A stretch of 64,000 nt of DNA from Minisyncoccota bacterium (GTDB lineage: Bacteria; Patescibacteriota; Minisyncoccia; Phycocordibacterales; GWA1-40-21): contig JBAZRH010000001.1 in NCBI GenBank assembly GCA_041663045.1, positions 84,403 to 148,402 on the forward strand, given 5' to 3'. Shown piece after piece: positions 28,587 through 37,506 of this stretch. The notes beneath the pieces were generated by a model. The model saw only the letters and a program-made list of their open reading frames with translations, did not search any database and was not told the DNA's origin. Both the position numbers and the translations under genes were made by a program. Each line of letters starts with the position of its first letter. Position 1 is the stretch's first letter.

Positions 28587-29504
28587 TTAAAGCCATTTCT
28601 TAAATCTTGCGAGGACAAGTAAAACGACAACAGCAATTACTTCTGTGGAAACTATTATTGGCCAATCGTGTGTATAACCAATAAACGGGGTATTTATGGT
28701 ATTCATCTGGAAGAATCCCGTAATAACAGTAAAAGGAAGAGCCAAGAAAGTAAGTATGGTTAAAGTCTTCATGATTTGATTCTGCTTTGTATTTAAAAGA
28801 GAATCGTTTGTATCACGGAGTTCTTTTAAGAAATCTACGCTATTTTCCATGACATCATGTATCCTATAGTATTCATTGAGGAGTTTATCACAATTATCTG
28901 CAAATTCTTCGCCGAAGAACTTCAATGTAAGTCCTGGCAAAGTCTCGAATATCTCTTTGTGAGAATTTACAGTATGATTTAAGTGTAATAGATCTCTATT
29001 CAGATTTGAAATAGACCAGACCATTTCTTTCTCTTTTCCTCTAAAGACTGATTTTTCAACTCTTTCAAGGGAATCATTTAGAGAGTCAACCTCATCAGAG
29101 ATTGCTTTGTATAATTCTTTTATAATATAGTAGAAGACATATCCAGCGTGATCAGTCATTTTTTCTTTGTGCAAGATTGAATTGACCTCAAATGTTTTTT
29201 GGAATCTTTCAAGGGCGTCGATGGACTCATATCTCGTCGTTATTATAAAATCTTTACCGACTATAAAATCCACCTCCTGATCTTTTGCATCACCATCTGC
29301 CCCTCGTCTTAAGATGGGGAAGTGCATAACAAGATAGAGATAGTTTTTGTGCATAGCTATCTTTTCTTTGTATGTTGGAAGTTGGAGATCTTTGGCTACC
29401 GATGTGTTTACCGAAAATTCCTCTACGAGATCTCGTACATCTTCTGTAGTAGGATTCTCTACATCTACCCAAGTGACGGACTTATATGTATATTTTTTGA
29501 TCAT
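28587..29504 (-). CDS. corA: CorA-family divalent cation transporter with a non-canonical QMN in place of the GMN motif
   Basis: CorA-like N-terminal domain. Two C-terminal TM helices with FTVITGFFQMNTINTP, verified by hand translation of the minus strand. Confidence 0.7.
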   Translation of the reverse strand: MIKKYTYKSVTWVDVENPTTEDVRDLVEEFSVNTSVAKDLQLPTYKEKIAMHKNYLYLVMHFPILRRGADGDAKDQEVDFIVGKDFIITTRYESIDALERFQKTFEVNSILHKEKMTDHAGYVFYYIIKELYKAISDEVDSLNDSLERVEKSVFRGKEKEMVWSISNLNRDLLHLNHTVNSHKEIFETLPGLTLKFFGEEFADNCDKLLNEYYRIHDVMENSVDFLKELRDTNDSLLNTKQNQIMKTLTILTFLALPFTVITGFFQMNTINTPFIGYTHDWPIIVSTEVIAVVVLLVLARFKKWL

Positions 29505-29607
29505 ATAATTTTATATTACTTCCTGAAATTATACCTTTTTAATTATTTTGTAACAAGTTAATAAGAAATTGACCAAGTGGATTAATTTTGAGATACTTAT
29601 GTGAAAT

Positions 29608-30837
29608 ATGGAAAATAATTTCAAATTGAGCAAGTTTGTTTTGGTTCTTGGTGTAATCCTTGCACTAGTCTTTGGAGTAGGTGCTTATGTTGGGGTCAGA
29701 TTCTCAGACTCTTCCATACAGAAGATTGTCTTTGTTGATAATTCTAAAATAGATAATACCTCATCTTCTACCATTGACATGACACCTTTTTGGGAAGTCT
29801 GGAAGGATCTAGAAACCAGATTCGTACCGACAGTTAAAAGTTCAAAAGTCATAAATAATCAAGAAAAAATCTGGGGAGCGATACAGGGTCTAACTACCGC
29901 ATACGGAGATCCTTATACGATTTTTATGCCACCAGAAGATAGCACGGCATTTGAAAGTGATATTAGTGGAAATTTCGAGGGAGTTGGAATGGAAATCGGT
30001 ATCAAAGAGAATAGTTTAATAGTTGTCTCTCCCCTGAAAGCCACCCCTGCATACAATGCTGGTATAAAGAGTGGAGATCAAATACTTACTATAGATGGTA
30101 AATCCACAGAAGGTATATCTGTGGATAAAGCCGTAAAGCTTATTAGAGGAAAGGCAGGTACACAGGTCGTTTTAAAAATAGCCAGGGAAGGTAAAAAAGA
30201 TTCCTTTGAGGTAAAAATCACCAGGGGGATTATAAATGTTCCTACTCTAGACACGGAGATAAAGGGAGATGTTTTTGTGATTAAACTTTATAATTTTTAT
30301 GCACCAGCCGCAGGCGCTTTCAGATCTGCTCTTAGGGAATTTATTGATTCAGGCAAATACAAACTTACTCTTGATCTTCGAGGTAATCCTGGAGGATATT
30401 TAGAGTCTGCCGTAGATATGGCGAGCTGGTTTTTGCCTATGGGTAAGGTGGTTGTAAGTGAAGATTTTGGTATGAAAGGAGGAAAAATATATAGAAGCAA
30501 AGGATACGATGTATTTACAGATCAACTCAAAATGGTAATTTTAGTAGATGGTGGTTCAGCCTCAGCCTCGGAGATTCTTGCCGGAGCTTTACAAGAACAC
30601 GGAGTTGCAAAGCTTGTTGGTGCGAAGACTTTTGGTAAAGGCTCGGTACAAGAACTTATAAAGATAACCCCAGAGACATCACTAAAAATGACCATTGCAA
30701 AATGGCTTACACCAAATGGAAATTCGATTTCAGAGAAAGGGATTACCCCTGATTATGAAGTAAAAATATCCGATGCTGATGCAAAGGCCGGGGTGGATTC
30801 GCAATTTGAAAAAGCGGTGGAGGTGTTATCAAAATAA
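29608..30837 (+). CDS. ctpA: Carboxy-terminal processing protease (S41 family) with a PDZ domain
   Basis: N-terminal TM segment. PDZ region (GDQILTIDGKSTEG). S41 catalytic block LDLRGNPGGYL and the downstream Lys region. Confidence 0.85.
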   Translation: MENNFKLSKFVLVLGVILALVFGVGAYVGVRFSDSSIQKIVFVDNSKIDNTSSSTIDMTPFWEVWKDLETRFVPTVKSSKVINNQEKIWGAIQGLTTAYGDPYTIFMPPEDSTAFESDISGNFEGVGMEIGIKENSLIVVSPLKATPAYNAGIKSGDQILTIDGKSTEGISVDKAVKLIRGKAGTQVVLKIAREGKKDSFEVKITRGIINVPTLDTEIKGDVFVIKLYNFYAPAAGAFRSALREFIDSGKYKLTLDLRGNPGGYLESAVDMASWFLPMGKVVVSEDFGMKGGKIYRSKGYDVFTDQLKMVILVDGGSASASEILAGALQEHGVAKLVGAKTFGKGSVQELIKITPETSLKMTIAKWLTPNGNSISEKGITPDYEVKISDADAKAGVDSQFEKAVEVLSK

Positions 30838-30917
30838 AAAATAAAGACGGAAACCCAGCCTTTGCATATGTACCTGTTTTGTATTAGTATGAACATATAT
30901 AAATTAATAAATATTTT

Positions 30918-31367
30918 ATGAAAATCATACTTATAAAAGATGTAAAGAAGGTTGGGAGGAAATTTGAGATAAAAGATGTGGCGGATGGCTTTGCTATAAA
31001 CTCGCTTATACCGTCTGGCTCAGCTTTGCCAGCGACAGAAGGGAATATCAGAAGTGTTGAATCGAGGAAAGTAAAAGACACTCTTTCTAAAGAGGAATTT
31101 GAAAAAGGATTGGAATCTGCTGTGGCAAAACTGAAAGATGGAAAGCTGTTAATTCTCGGAAAAGTAAATGACAAAGGCCATTTATTTGCTGGAATTCACA
31201 AAGAGCAGATTATAGAAGAATTTAAAAAGCAGACAGGCACCGAGCTTCCTCTCGATATTTTTGAGCTTGAAAAGCCGATAAAGGAAGTGGGGGAGCAGAC
31301 TGTGAATCTAAAGGTGAATGGGAAGAGTTTTGAGATAAAGCTTTTGATAAAGGCAGAAAGTATTTAA
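30918..31367 (+). CDS. rplI: 50S ribosomal protein L9
   Basis: MKIILIKDVKKVGRKFEIKDVADGFAINSLIP matches the L9 N-domain. About 149 aa. Confidence 0.85.
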   Translation: MKIILIKDVKKVGRKFEIKDVADGFAINSLIPSGSALPATEGNIRSVESRKVKDTLSKEEFEKGLESAVAKLKDGKLLILGKVNDKGHLFAGIHKEQIIEEFKKQTGTELPLDIFELEKPIKEVGEQTVNLKVNGKSFEIKLLIKAESI

Positions 31368-31382
31368 GACTAACGAAATTTT

Positions 31383-31590
31383 TGCACGGGGTCCTGTCAA
31401 CCTATTCATTTTGAAATGCACGGATATTTTCTTGCTAAAAAATTCCTCGTTCCTTACAGGAACTGTACACCTTTCACATTTTGAGTACAAAACGTTCAAG
31501 GTCTTTCATTTGGGTCCCAACCCAAATTTCAACTCGCGCCAGTCGCGCTCCCAAGGCATTTCAAAATGAACAGGTTGCCACCCCTACACA
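31383..31590 (-). ncRNA. Candidate structured RNA/repeat element, expanded copy (copy C) of a 3-member intergenic element family
   Basis: No plausible ORF. 5' arm (31386-31423) pairs with 3' arm (31549-31586) over about 30 bp. The single arm mismatch becomes a G·U pair only in the minus-strand transcript. It contains the conserved boxes GAGCGCGACTGGCGCGAG and ACGAGGAATTTTTTAGCAAGAAAATATCCGTG shared with the copy at 42.4 kb. Confidence 0.45.
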
Positions 31591-31604
31591 AAAACTTCGT
31601 TAGT

Positions 31605-31632
31605 TAAAAAAACCACCTTGCGGTGGTTTTTT
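31605..31632. terminator. Bidirectional intrinsic terminator (A7-ccaccttgcggtgg-T6) between rplI (+) and rpmA (-)
   Basis: Perfect short GC hairpin flanked by an A-run and a T-run. Confidence 0.8.
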
Positions 31633-31635
31633 GAT

Positions 31636-31914
31636 TTAGGCTAATTTTACATTTACGAGGTTTCTTCTAGTGATAGTAGAATCAAAATTGTTTTTTCTCT
31701 TTGTGGTGTATTCTACAATGCCGTCCTTGAGAGCAAATAAAGTGTGATCTTTACCGACACCGACATTCTTTCCGGCGATAGTGTTTCTACCTTTTTGTCT
31801 CAAGATTATCTGACCGATTTTGGCGATTTCTCCATGGTTAATCTTCACGCCTAAATATCGTGGATTTGAATCTCGCCCATTTCTTGTTGAACCTTCTGCT
31901 TTACGATGTGCCAT
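31636..31914 (-). CDS. rpmA: 50S ribosomal protein L27
   Basis: [24 protein letters not shown] matches the L27 signature. 92 aa. Confidence 0.9.
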   Translation of the reverse strand: MAHRKAEGSTRNGRDSNPRYLGVKINHGEIAKIGQIILRQKGRNTIAGKNVGVGKDHTLFALKDGIVEYTTKRKNNFDSTITRRNLVNVKLA

Positions 31915-31974
31915 TTTATTTTTTGAAAATTAATATCCACAAAACTGTGTGGATTTGATACAATATCTGTACAA

Positions 31975-32454
31975 ATGAGTATAAATGATTTGACCGGAAA
32001 AATCAAGTCCTTTTCTGCGGATATCAAAGACAAGGTATATAGCAAGGAAATTGGCCTTAAAATAGGGGCAGATTTGTTTATTGTGTTTATTATTGTGCTT
32101 GTAGGGATGGCTTCATTTGGTCTGGGTAAATTGTCGGCAATAGAAAAGAAAAAGACGCCGATAGCGGTGTATAAAGTGGAGGAAGCTCTGCTTGCCAATG
32201 CTTTGAAGGAAACTGTGACGGAGGGAGGGGAGGGCGGCGCGTCCGCGGACTCTCGCGCCGCCCAAATTGCTCCCACCCCGACAAATCCTTCAAATGGCCT
32301 AGTCCTCGCCTCAAAAAGTGGCACAAAATACTATTATCCTTGGTGTTCTGGTGTAGATCGCATCAAAGAAGAAAATAAAATCTGGTTTTCTACCATGGAA
32401 GAAGCCAAAGCGAGGGGTTTAGCCCCAGCGGTCGGTTGTACAGGATTAAAATAA
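31975..32454 (+). CDS. Membrane-anchored hypothetical protein with a small C-terminal Cys-containing domain
   Basis: One TM helix (LFIVFIIVLVGMASFGL). Low-complexity Gly/Ala/Pro linker. C-terminal KYYYPWCSG...GLAPAVGC motif. Confidence 0.45.
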   Translation: MSINDLTGKIKSFSADIKDKVYSKEIGLKIGADLFIVFIIVLVGMASFGLGKLSAIEKKKTPIAVYKVEEALLANALKETVTEGGEGGASADSRAAQIAPTPTNPSNGLVLASKSGTKYYYPWCSGVDRIKEENKIWFSTMEEAKARGLAPAVGCTGLK

Positions 32455-32473
32455 TCCGTGATATAATTTATTT

Positions 32474-33061
32474 ATGATAATTGTAGATGTGGAAGCCAGC
32501 GGTCTTGATCCAAATAAACATGGTATTGTATCTATTGGAGCGATTGATTTTGATACACCGATGGAACAATTTTATGGTGAATGTAGGATTTCAAAAGAAT
32601 TGCATATTTTAGATGAGGCCATACCTATTGCTGGTTTTTCCGAGACAGAAATGCGAGATCCACAAAAGCAAACCGACACAGAACTCATAGAAAAGTTTAT
32701 TGACTGGGCTATGAAGCGAGGAGAGCATACTTTCGGAGGTCAGAATCCATCTTTCGATAGAGATTTCTTGCAAGCGACCGCGCACAGGGCTCATTTGGAC
32801 TGGCCTTTTGCTTATAGGACAATAGATCTACATTCTATTTGTTATATGCATATGATAAAGAGGGGATTAATTCCACCTACGGAGAAAAACAGAAGCTCGC
32901 TTAATTCTGCAAAAATAATGCAATATGTAGGAATTCCGGCAGAGATAAAACCACACAACTCTCTAAGAGATGCAAAATCCGCAGGAGAAGCTCTCTCTCG
33001 ATTACTTTTTGATAAGAAATTATTGCCAGAATATGAAAAATACCAGATACCTTGGTTTTAG
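32474..33061 (+). CDS. DEDDh 3'-5' exonuclease (DnaQ/RNase T-like) domain protein
   Basis: Exo I motif (IIVDVEASGLDP). Exo III motif (H-x4-D in HNSLRDAKSAGEA). Confidence 0.65.
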   Translation: MIIVDVEASGLDPNKHGIVSIGAIDFDTPMEQFYGECRISKELHILDEAIPIAGFSETEMRDPQKQTDTELIEKFIDWAMKRGEHTFGGQNPSFDRDFLQATAHRAHLDWPFAYRTIDLHSICYMHMIKRGLIPPTEKNRSSLNSAKIMQYVGIPAEIKPHNSLRDAKSAGEALSRLLFDKKLLPEYEKYQIPWF

Positions 33062-33184
33062 GTACTAGCCTTATATAAATACCACCAAAATTTAGACCAC
33101 AGAATAGGTGAGAAATCAAGGAAAATGTGGCTCAACATAGCCCTTATTTGATGTTTGACGGTGGTCGAAAAGCGTTGTAAAAGC

Positions 33185-33213
33185 TTGACAAGTAAAACCA
33201 AATATGCTAGTAT
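33185..33213 (+). promoter_or_regulatory. Near-consensus sigma-70 promoter (TTGACA, 17-nt spacer, TGcTAGTAT with extended -10), followed by the palindrome aatcagag-cgag-tctctgatt (33221-33243)
   Basis: Hexamers, spacing and TG at -15/-14 read directly. An 8-bp inverted repeat lies between the -10 and the ATG at 33247. Confidence 0.55.
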
Positions 33214-33246
33214 GTATAGGAATCAGAGCGAGTCTCTGATTTTTAT

Positions 33247-33732
33247 ATGATAGAAATAATAACAACATCATTTTTTGTTTTTTCTTCACTATATGGTTCA
33301 GCTTCGACAATAGTTGCTGATAACGTTTCAACAAGCCCTAGGGGAGTGTTGGCACCAATAGAAGAGAAGACAGAAATAAATATTCCAGACAATGAAGGTC
33401 TTAGAAATAAAGTTCAAAAATTATTTGCTGAGGATCCTCTCTTAATAGATATCGCTAGATGCGAATCTCATTTCAGGCAGTATGACAAAGATGGAAGCGT
33501 CTTAAGAGGTAAAGTCAACAAATCAGACGTCGGTGTTATGCAGATCAACTTATATTATCATGCTGATAAGGCAGGTAAACTAGGATATGATCTTATGACT
33601 CCGGAAGGCAATATGGCTTATGCTAAGTATCTTTATAACAGAGAAGGTGTGCAACCATGGATATCTTCTTCGGCTTGCTGGAATGATAATACGGCAGCTA
33701 TCCCGTCAAATCAGATAGCACTTATTAAGTAA
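33247..33732 (+). CDS. Secreted lysozyme-like / lytic transglycosylase (SLT/GH23-like) domain protein
   Basis: Signal-like N-terminus. Catalytic-type block IARCESHFRQYD...DVGVMQINLYYH...AYAKY resembles the ES / GLMQ / AYNAG motifs of SLT domains. Confidence 0.5.
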   Translation: MIEIITTSFFVFSSLYGSASTIVADNVSTSPRGVLAPIEEKTEINIPDNEGLRNKVQKLFAEDPLLIDIARCESHFRQYDKDGSVLRGKVNKSDVGVMQINLYYHADKAGKLGYDLMTPEGNMAYAKYLYNREGVQPWISSSACWNDNTAAIPSNQIALIK

Positions 33733-33751
33733 TTTATTAGAGATTAAACAT

Positions 33752-33790
33752 AAAAGGCGGGCGCACAAAGTGCGCCCGCCTTTTATGTTT
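33752..33790 (+). terminator. Rho-independent terminator (ggcgggcgcac-aaag-gtgcgcccgcc + TTTTATGTTTT)
   Basis: 11-bp GC stem followed by a T-rich tract. Confidence 0.8.
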
Positions 33791-33853
33791 TCCTCGTTGA
33801 CAAAAAACTGCTTTGTAATAGTCTTTAATCAGAACAGAACAAAGGGAGACATT

Positions 33854-34345
33854 ATGAAAATCGGAGTTTTAGTTTTATATTTGCGGAAAGGTAAAATCCT
33901 TCTTTGCAAGAAATGGACCGGTGCAAAAATCGGAGCCAATAAATGGAATAGCTATGGTGGCGAGCTTGAAGTCGGTGAAGACTCGGCAGATGCTGGTGTG
34001 AGGGAAACCCATGAGGAGTCAAACTGGGGTCTCAATGTCAAAAAGAGACATCTTGTACCAAAGGGCGAGATAACTTTCTACGATTGGCAAAACACAGCAC
34101 TCTGGTTTGTTTATCTCTTTACCTGCACTGAGTTTGAGGGTGAACCACTGGAGTCAGAAGAAATGAAGACTCCGACATGGTTCTCTCCAGCGGAGATTCC
34201 GACCTTGGATATGCTACCGGCAGACAAGATCTTTATACCGATGCTTATAGCAGGGGATGAGATCAGGGACGGTTGGGTCAGATTCAGCAAAGATATGACG
34301 GCCGTCGAAGATTATCATCTCCCGACCACTCTCATTGCTGTTTGA
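33854..34345 (+). CDS. NUDIX hydrolase
   Basis: Nudix box GGELEVGEDSADAGVRETHEESN. Start set at MKIGV (33854), which has the AAGGGAG SD. The longer upstream ORF extension overlaps the terminator. Confidence 0.8.
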   Translation: MKIGVLVLYLRKGKILLCKKWTGAKIGANKWNSYGGELEVGEDSADAGVRETHEESNWGLNVKKRHLVPKGEITFYDWQNTALWFVYLFTCTEFEGEPLESEEMKTPTWFSPAEIPTLDMLPADKIFIPMLIAGDEIRDGWVRFSKDMTAVEDYHLPTTLIAV

Positions 34346-34363
34346 TTGTCAGTGTGGAAGTTA

Positions 34364-34400
34364 GTGAGCCGACCTGTTGCACGGTCGGCTTTTCTTTTGC
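34364..34400 (+). terminator. Intrinsic terminator after the NUDIX gene (gagccgacc-tgttgcac-ggtcggctt + TTCTTTT)
   Basis: 9-bp stem followed by a T-rich run. Confidence 0.65.
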
Positions 34401-34529
34401 TCCAGTTTGTGTACCCTAATTGGTTGAGGGAAGAGGGCTTATTACATTATATACATGTCGCACAATATATCTTGCCCGCTATATACATGTATAATAAGGC
34501 TGTTTATCTTTTTAACCACTTCCCCCTCT

Positions 34530-34560
34530 GCAAATCAAAAAAGAACCTTTAGTAGGTTCT
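34530..34560. terminator. Bidirectional terminator (AAAAAAGAACC-tactaa-aGGTTCTTTTTT) serving the minus-strand small membrane protein gene
   Basis: Perfect stem flanked by an A-run and a T-run. Confidence 0.7.
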
Positions 34561-34576
34561 TTTTTGATAATAATTA

Positions 34577-34825
34577 TTATTGTAGAAGATCTAATCCATG
34601 CTGGAAAACTTTCCACACTACCCCAACGATGAGTTTATCCCAAATATAAATTATCGGAGCCGCCAAATAATTGTTCCAGAATGTCTTTATGAAGTCCCAC
34701 ATATAGCCTAGATTACCTTGTACTTTATCCCCACTTATAATACCCCCTATATCGAAGCCAAAGTATCCGAGAATGATCAGAGCGATCACTATTAAAATTA
34801 TCATCTTTATTAAACCTTTTTTCAT
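34577..34825 (-). CDS. Small (82-aa) hypothetical membrane protein
   Basis: N-terminal TM helix (MIILIVIALIILGYFGF). Terminator immediately downstream. Confidence 0.45.
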   Translation of the reverse strand: MKKGLIKMIILIVIALIILGYFGFDIGGIISGDKVQGNLGYMWDFIKTFWNNYLAAPIIYIWDKLIVGVVWKVFQHGLDLLQ

Positions 34826-34889
34826 ATGAGATTATATTTAAAATTTCTATTACCCTACAATTATATCACGTTAAAAGCCCTGTGGGTGT

Positions 34890-36158
34890 TTATAAGTAAG
34901 CCAATGGATCAAGATAAGCTCTTATGTCTGCCATCGGCAATATATATGTACCTTTGCAGACAGCACTTTTTTTACTCATTATTTTTACACCCTGTGAGGC
35001 AAATAATCCAAAGTGGAGGTGCGGACCGGTGGAGTAGCCAGTGTTTCCGGAGTATCCTATTATATCTCCCGTAAATATTTGATCACCGGCCTTAACTTTT
35101 ATAAGAGAAAGATGTCCGTATAAGGTCGTTAGGCCATTATTGTGTTTTATGAGAACCCATTTACCATATGAAGCACCAGAACAGACAAGATCCGTGTCAC
35201 CTGTCCCTTCCACAGTGCCACTTAGTGTGGCTTTAACTCTTGTACCAACAGATGCTCTAAAATCTACCCCATTGTGACTTCCTGTCGTGTAGAGCCTGCC
35301 AGAGTCTGATGTCACCCCAAACCTTTGTGTTATATAGATATTATCTAATGGCCAAGACAAAATGCCTTTTCCAGCCGCAGGGATACTATTTGGATCTATA
35401 GCAAATTTTAGCTCTGATTCAAATTGAGCAAGTTCTTTATCAAAAGCATCTGCAAGGGCCTGTTTCTCTGACAGAAGTCTTTTATAGTTGGATTCTTTAT
35501 TTTTTGTTTCGGTAAGGACTTTATTCTTTTCTTTTTTGTTTATTTCTAAGATTGCTTTCTTATCCTCCAGTTCTGATTTTAGAGATAAAAGTTCTTTTTT
35601 CTTGCTTTCATTGTCTTTCTTATCAATACCGAGATCATCCCTAACCTTCTTTGTTTCTATGAGTTTATTTTTTAATTGATTTTGCAATTTATAAATACCC
35701 TCCATTTCATTCCAGAACTCTGAAAGATCTTTATATTTTAAAAGAGTCTCTATTATAGATGAATTATCAGATTCATTTACTTCATTTATCAAAACCTCTA
35801 TAACCACACTGTTTTTGTCTATTTCTGTTTCTTTCTTTCTTATTTCAATACCAAGCCTCTCTATTTCAAGATTTGCAGAGTTTATATTGTTTTCTGTGAG
35901 TTTTATATCTAAGGAAGTTTTCTTTTCGGTGGCTTCAAGAGTCTTTATGGCTTTGGAAAGTGTATCCGCTTGAGTACCGATATCTTTAAGTTGATTTTGA
36001 TACTGGTCTATCTCTTTTTGTAATTGTTCTCTATTCTTACTTGTTTGTTCTATTTTTTGTTTTATTTCATCTATTGACGAAGAATAGCAGATATTACTTA
36101 ATAAAAGCGAAAGCAGAAAGATAAGCGAATATAAAGCTGTCTTTTTTAAGAAAAACAT
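34890..36158 (-). CDS. M23/LytM-family peptidase with an N-terminal coiled-coil (EnvC-like murein hydrolase activator)
   Basis: Signal peptide. Long coiled-coil region. C-terminal LytM domain (GSHNGVDFRASVGTRVKATLSGTV...HLHFGLF). Start at MFFLKK avoids overlap with gltX. Confidence 0.8.
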   Translation of the reverse strand: MFFLKKTALYSLIFLLSLLLSNICYSSSIDEIKQKIEQTSKNREQLQKEIDQYQNQLKDIGTQADTLSKAIKTLEATEKKTSLDIKLTENNINSANLEIERLGIEIRKKETEIDKNSVVIEVLINEVNESDNSSIIETLLKYKDLSEFWNEMEGIYKLQNQLKNKLIETKKVRDDLGIDKKDNESKKKELLSLKSELEDKKAILEINKKEKNKVLTETKNKESNYKRLLSEKQALADAFDKELAQFESELKFAIDPNSIPAAGKGILSWPLDNIYITQRFGVTSDSGRLYTTGSHNGVDFRASVGTRVKATLSGTVEGTGDTDLVCSGASYGKWVLIKHNNGLTTLYGHLSLIKVKAGDQIFTGDIIGYSGNTGYSTGPHLHFGLFASQGVKIMSKKSAVCKGTYILPMADIRAYLDPLAYL

Positions 36159-36159
36159 C

Positions 36160-37506
36160 TTATTTTGAAAGAATTGTAATTGCATTTTCTATCCTTTGAA
36201 GTGTCTCTTTTTTACCAAGTATTTCACACAAGACAAAAGGATCAGGTGATTTTTCTTTTCCTGATAGAGAAACGCGAAGTGGCCAGAGAACGTTACCCCT
36301 CCCCTTTTCTTCGGCTATTTTCCATATGGTTTCTTTTACTGAATCTTTATTAAAATTATCTTCAGATATTTTTACCAGTAATGTAGATACTAAAGACAAG
36401 TTTTCTTTGGCTTCATCTTCTGTACCCCCCTTTTTCCAGACAAGGATCTCTTCTTTGATACTAGGCTTTTCAAAGAAATATTGAATATCTCCATCGGCTA
36501 CCATTTTATCTATATCAGACCAAACGTTTATTCTTTCTGTTATTATTGGGGTGATTTTATCCACAATATCTTTATCTTGGCAATTAGATGGCAACCTCTT
36601 CCCTATTTCCTCCTTTATTTTTTCACCAGGCAACCTTTTTAGATATTCTTTATTAAACCATAGAAGCTTTTCTTTATTAAATATTGCCCCACCCTTTTGT
36701 ACCTTCCCAATATCAAATTTATTGATTATGTCTTCAATCGTCATCATCTCTATATCACTTCCGGGATTCCAGCCGACCATTGAAATGAAATTTATAAAAG
36801 CTTCTGGAAGATAACCCATCTTTTCATAATATTTTACAGAAGTCATTTCACCATGTTTTCTTTTGGATAATTTTGCCCTATCTTCTGCAAGAATAAGCGG
36901 TAAGTGCGCATATATAGGGGTTGGTGCACCGAGGGCTTCTTGTATGAGAATATGTCTTGGCGTATTGGAAATATGATCTTCACCCCTTATTACATGTGTA
37001 ATACCCATTTCAAAATCATCTATAACAACAACAACGTGAAATATTGGTTCTTCTAAGCTTTTGGCAATAACGAAGTCTCCAAGTTCTGTTGTATCAAATT
37101 CTATTTCCCCGCGTATAAGATCTTTAAACTTTATCTTTTTATTTGGATTTCTAAATCTTATAACTTCTGCTCTCTGACCCTCTTCTTTTATTTCTTCTTT
37201 AGATATATAAGCCTTGTCTTCTTTTATAAGATTTTCTATATATTTTTTATATACATGTTCTCTTTCAGATTGTTTAAAAGACTCATCGTAGCTAAGCCCA
37301 AGCCATTTCATGCCATTTAGTATGTCGTCTGTGTATTCCTTTTTAGACCTTTCTTTGTCGGTGTCTTCAATTCTTAATAGAAATTTACCTTGATTTTGTT
37401 TAGCAAAGACATAATTAAAAAGTGCTACCCTAGCACTACCAACGTGAAAAAGGCCCGTTGGGCTGGGTGCAAATCTAACAACAACTTTTTTGTCGCTATT
37501 GCTCAT
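36160..37506 (-). CDS. gltX: Glutamate--tRNA ligase
   Basis: N-terminus VVRFAPSPTGLFHVGSARVALFNY (HIGH-type region). KLSKR (KMSKS). Confidence 0.9.
   Translation of the reverse strand: MSNSDKKVVVRFAPSPTGLFHVGSARVALFNYVFAKQNQGKFLLRIEDTDKERSKKEYTDDILNGMKWLGLSYDESFKQSEREHVYKKYIENLIKEDKAYISKEEIKEEGQRAEVIRFRNPNKKIKFKDLIRGEIEFDTTELGDFVIAKSLEEPIFHVVVVIDDFEMGITHVIRGEDHISNTPRHILIQEALGAPTPIYAHLPLILAEDRAKLSKRKHGEMTSVKYYEKMGYLPEAFINFISMVGWNPGSDIEMMTIEDIINKFDIGKVQKGGAIFNKEKLLWFNKEYLKRLPGEKIKEEIGKRLPSNCQDKDIVDKITPIITERINVWSDIDKMVADGDIQYFFEKPSIKEEILVWKKGGTEDEAKENLSLVSTLLVKISEDNFNKDSVKETIWKIAEEKGRGNVLWPLRVSLSGKEKSPDPFVLCEILGKKETLQRIENAITILSK

Noticed and set aside
31851-32324. 157-aa minus-strand ORF
   Set aside because: It overlaps both rpmA and the + strand membrane-protein gene. 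Its Pro/Ala-rich composition is typical of antisense translation.
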